Below are positions 61,004-64,000 of a DNA stretch of 64,000 bases, piece after piece. Each line of letters starts with the position of its first letter. Position 1 is the first letter of the stretch. Source of the stretch: Scyliorhinus canicula (lineage: Eukaryota); assembly GCF_902713615.1 (NCBI RefSeq), contig NW_024055870.1, positions 434,001-498,000 of the forward strand. Reading direction: 5' to 3'. The translations under genes and the position numbers were made by a program. Under the pieces are notes generated by a model that worked only from the letters and a program-made list of their open reading frames with translations, searched no databases and was not told where the DNA came from.

Positions 61004-63589
61004 AATCCATCGAAACCAGATATTTAGCTATTATTTGATTACTTTGGCAAATATTTGCTTTAGCTTAATCAAATATATTGTTTGGATTTTAATCGCTAAC
61101 ATCTCAGAGATTAATTGTTGCCGCCATGATGCATTTCCCTTCCGCAGGCACAGGGTCCGAATGCACATCAATCGGTTCATCCCGCGTCCAACGACTCACA
61201 TCAATAGTGAACACATTCCTTCGAAGTGCGGATAATTACTTTTCTATTTTAAAATTGTTAGTGTGGTCCTCCCTGCTGCAAACGCCAATAAAACTCGTGA
61301 GCCTTCAATATTGTAGATGGCATCACATTATTCCAGACTCATATTGCGGCGTCATTGCAGTTAATATGATCGTCAGGTATAGGAGCAAAATTTGGCCATT
61401 CTGCCCATCGAGTCTGCTCCGCCATTCGATCAAGGCTAATATGTTCTTCATCTGTTATCTATAATGTAACAGACCACGAACTGCATGGCGACATCAGCCA
61501 GAATATCTCCTCCTAGAAAACTAAACTAGGAGCGGGAGTCGGCAATTTAGCCTCCCAAGCCTGACACCCTGAATGTTATCATGGCTGATCCCATTATGGC
61601 CAAAACGCCACTGTCCGGGACGTTCATTATTACTATTTACAGATTAGCAATTAAAAATCTGTTTAACTCCTCCTTAAATTTATAAACTAGTTTATATGTG
61701 TTCAAGCTATGTAAGATATTTACGGGTAATGTATATTTACGGGTAATGTCTTGACTCTGTTCGTGAAATCATCATTTCGTTTGACTTGGGAAATGTCATC
61801 ATAATTGTTCAATTTAACCGCCGTTCTCACCACAAGCTCCCTCTCTGACAGAAAATACCCTTACCACATTTCTTATTACTTTCTGCTATCATATCCCCGA
61901 CTTAGTCACCTGCCTTGAATTTACTATTAGCGTCCAGTACTTGCTCAAAGGACTCATTCCCAATATGTACGACTTGCTCCACATCTTACCAAAGGATTGA
62001 GATGAGGCCTCCCTGCAACGTGCTCCTGAAATTTATTCATTATCCAGTAACCCACGTTCCCCTCCAAAGTGTTTGTCAGGTTCAGTCAAGTGGCCGTGTT
62101 CATGTTTCCGTTCCTTCCCTTCGTGGCTGAAACGATGCGAAATCCACCGTGACGCAGGAAAGTTGCAAATACAAAGCATAATCTTCTTTCATTTCAAACT
62201 GAACCACTTCAGTACCTCCATTACAATTCTGTGGATGATCCCTCTGGGACAGCCTGAAGCTTTAAAGTGAGATTGAATTATAGTATGGATTCCATTTATT
62301 GAGATGTCAATTTATTCAAATATGTCATTCTGCCCTAATTTCTTCGAACTCCATAATTCGAACAAGATCTTCAGCCCTTTTAAACACTGAAGTAATCCTG
62401 CATTATTTTACGACTCCATATTTGAGTTGGAAATTTCAAAAAATCTTGTCCCACCGTGTGTTTACTCATTTACTAATGACAACGACTTTCATCCTTAATT
62501 ACATGTTGTATTGGCCAACTGTCCCAAATCGGTTTTCTTTTGGCCAGTGTCAGATTTAATATCGTTAAATACTTTCTCAGTTAACGATAGAGAATACAAT
62601 GCAAAACGTGATGAATGTAGGAAATGTGTATATATAGTGTATTATGCGTTTGTGTATTTTGCAGCAATGCTATTTTAAAAATTAGGTCAATCTATTTCGA
62701 TGATAAGTCTTCTTAATCTGTGACAAAGGAGTTAACAGCTCGGCAGACTGTGATGTCAACAATGGGAGCCCTGGGTCTGCTTTTTCAGTTCAGTTGTCAG
62801 CCCTGCCCCGTGCCTGTTGTCTTTAATTTCACGTCAGAATTCTGCTCTGGGTTCAGAAGAAAGTAGCTGCGTTTCGCAGACAGACTTCTAATACCGTCTC
62901 GCCCAAGGTCTTGTGAACAAACCACGAAGCGGCTGATTGTTAGCTTGAACAGTAAGTGATACTTGAAACGTTTGTGGATTTTGGTTCACTCAAATTTTAG
63001 AGGTAGACAGGGAATTATTGTAAGAACTGCTTAACGGATCATCAAAAGTGATTTTTTTTAATTTTGCTTGAATGTTAACAGGATTATTTGTGTGTTCAAA
63101 ATAAAGAATATTTAAGTTACCATAAATCCCTTCTTCTCAGGAGAGTCACTTCTGGGGGTGAAGCATCATTTCCTCACAGTTTATAAACTGAAAAGATTGT
63201 TGGGTTTTCACACCCGATTTCCTAATATAAACTGGGGGCCTGGTCTGCTCTGGTGCTGTAACAACCAAGTGGCGAAAATGTACAACGTTCAGCTCCACTA
63301 CATATATTACATGCTACTAAATGAAAAAAACATTTTACCTTGTATTGTTAACACTCCTCAGTCATACTCAACATCCGCTTCTCTTTACGTTACCGTGCAA
63401 TAAATGCAACACCTGTCCCTGCACCTAACCACACTACATTTTCCTCCCACTTTCCACCATCTATATTGTTGCTGATTCTTAAACAGACTCAACTCACCCA
63501 TGCATTCCATCGCTCACAGGCTTACAGACTCACACCATCACACTGTCATCCAAACTAGTTCACTCAAACTCACACCGGTGCTCATTTGA

Positions 63590-63990
63590 ATTTAGAATAA
63601 TCAGCGGCGTCCTTATTGAGACATCTGGGATGGGCGAGAGGCTGTACATGGTAGATGCTGAGAGTCTGTTTACAATTGTGCGGGATTTTAGGTCCTAGGG
63701 TCATCTTCTGAGTATAAGTGATCACCCATTTCCGGCAGAGATGAGGAGGAATTTCTTCTCTCAAAAGGTTAGTAAACCTGTCGAATTAATTACTGGAAAT
63801 AATTGTATGGGTGTGTCGCGAAGTATGTTCACCGTTCACATATACATTGTCTTACTCAGTAAGGAATCAAGGGCTTTGGTGAAAAGATGGGAGAGTAAAG
63901 TTGTGGATGATCAGAGATGCTGCGATCTCAGTTGATGGTGGAGCAGTATCGGTAGGCCGAATGACTGACTTCTGCGCCTGTGGCGTTTAT
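63590..63990 (+). mobile_element. Old CR1 3' fragment
   Basis: MRRNFFSQKV remnant and CR1-type 3' UTR. Confidence 0.7.
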
Positions 63991-64000
63991 CTTAATGCCT

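Noticed and set aside
62650-62680. Candidate acceptor for exon 2 of the plus-strand GPCR
   Set aside because: In-frame stop within five codons and no GPCR sequence

Overview
Eukaryotic, repeat-dense vertebrate DNA, very probably from a cartilaginous fish (shark): it carries HE1/V-SINE-type SINEs, CR1 LINEs with (TGTTCTA)n tails and a two-exon GPR139/142-like receptor. Host genes found: an intact two-exon GPR139/142-like GPCR (minus; exon 1 34366-34435, exon 2 27075-28006, 333 aa), an intact single-coding-exon GPR84 (minus, 51570-52700), and exon 1 of a second GPR139/142-like paralogue (plus, 58534-58600). The main non-obvious result is a tandem cluster of three vault-RNA-like Pol III genes (minus; ~41954-42041, ~44310-44399, ~45684-45771). 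Each sits in a duplicated unit with a TATA-like element upstream and a decayed tRNA-like module downstream. The rest is nested CR1, Rex1/Babar, L1-clade, Gypsy, Harbinger and Penelope remnants, SINEs, several minisatellites and two perfect inverted repeats. Most short ORFs in the track are antisense or repeat artefacts. All calls are by eye, no searches were run, and boundaries of old repeats are approximate.
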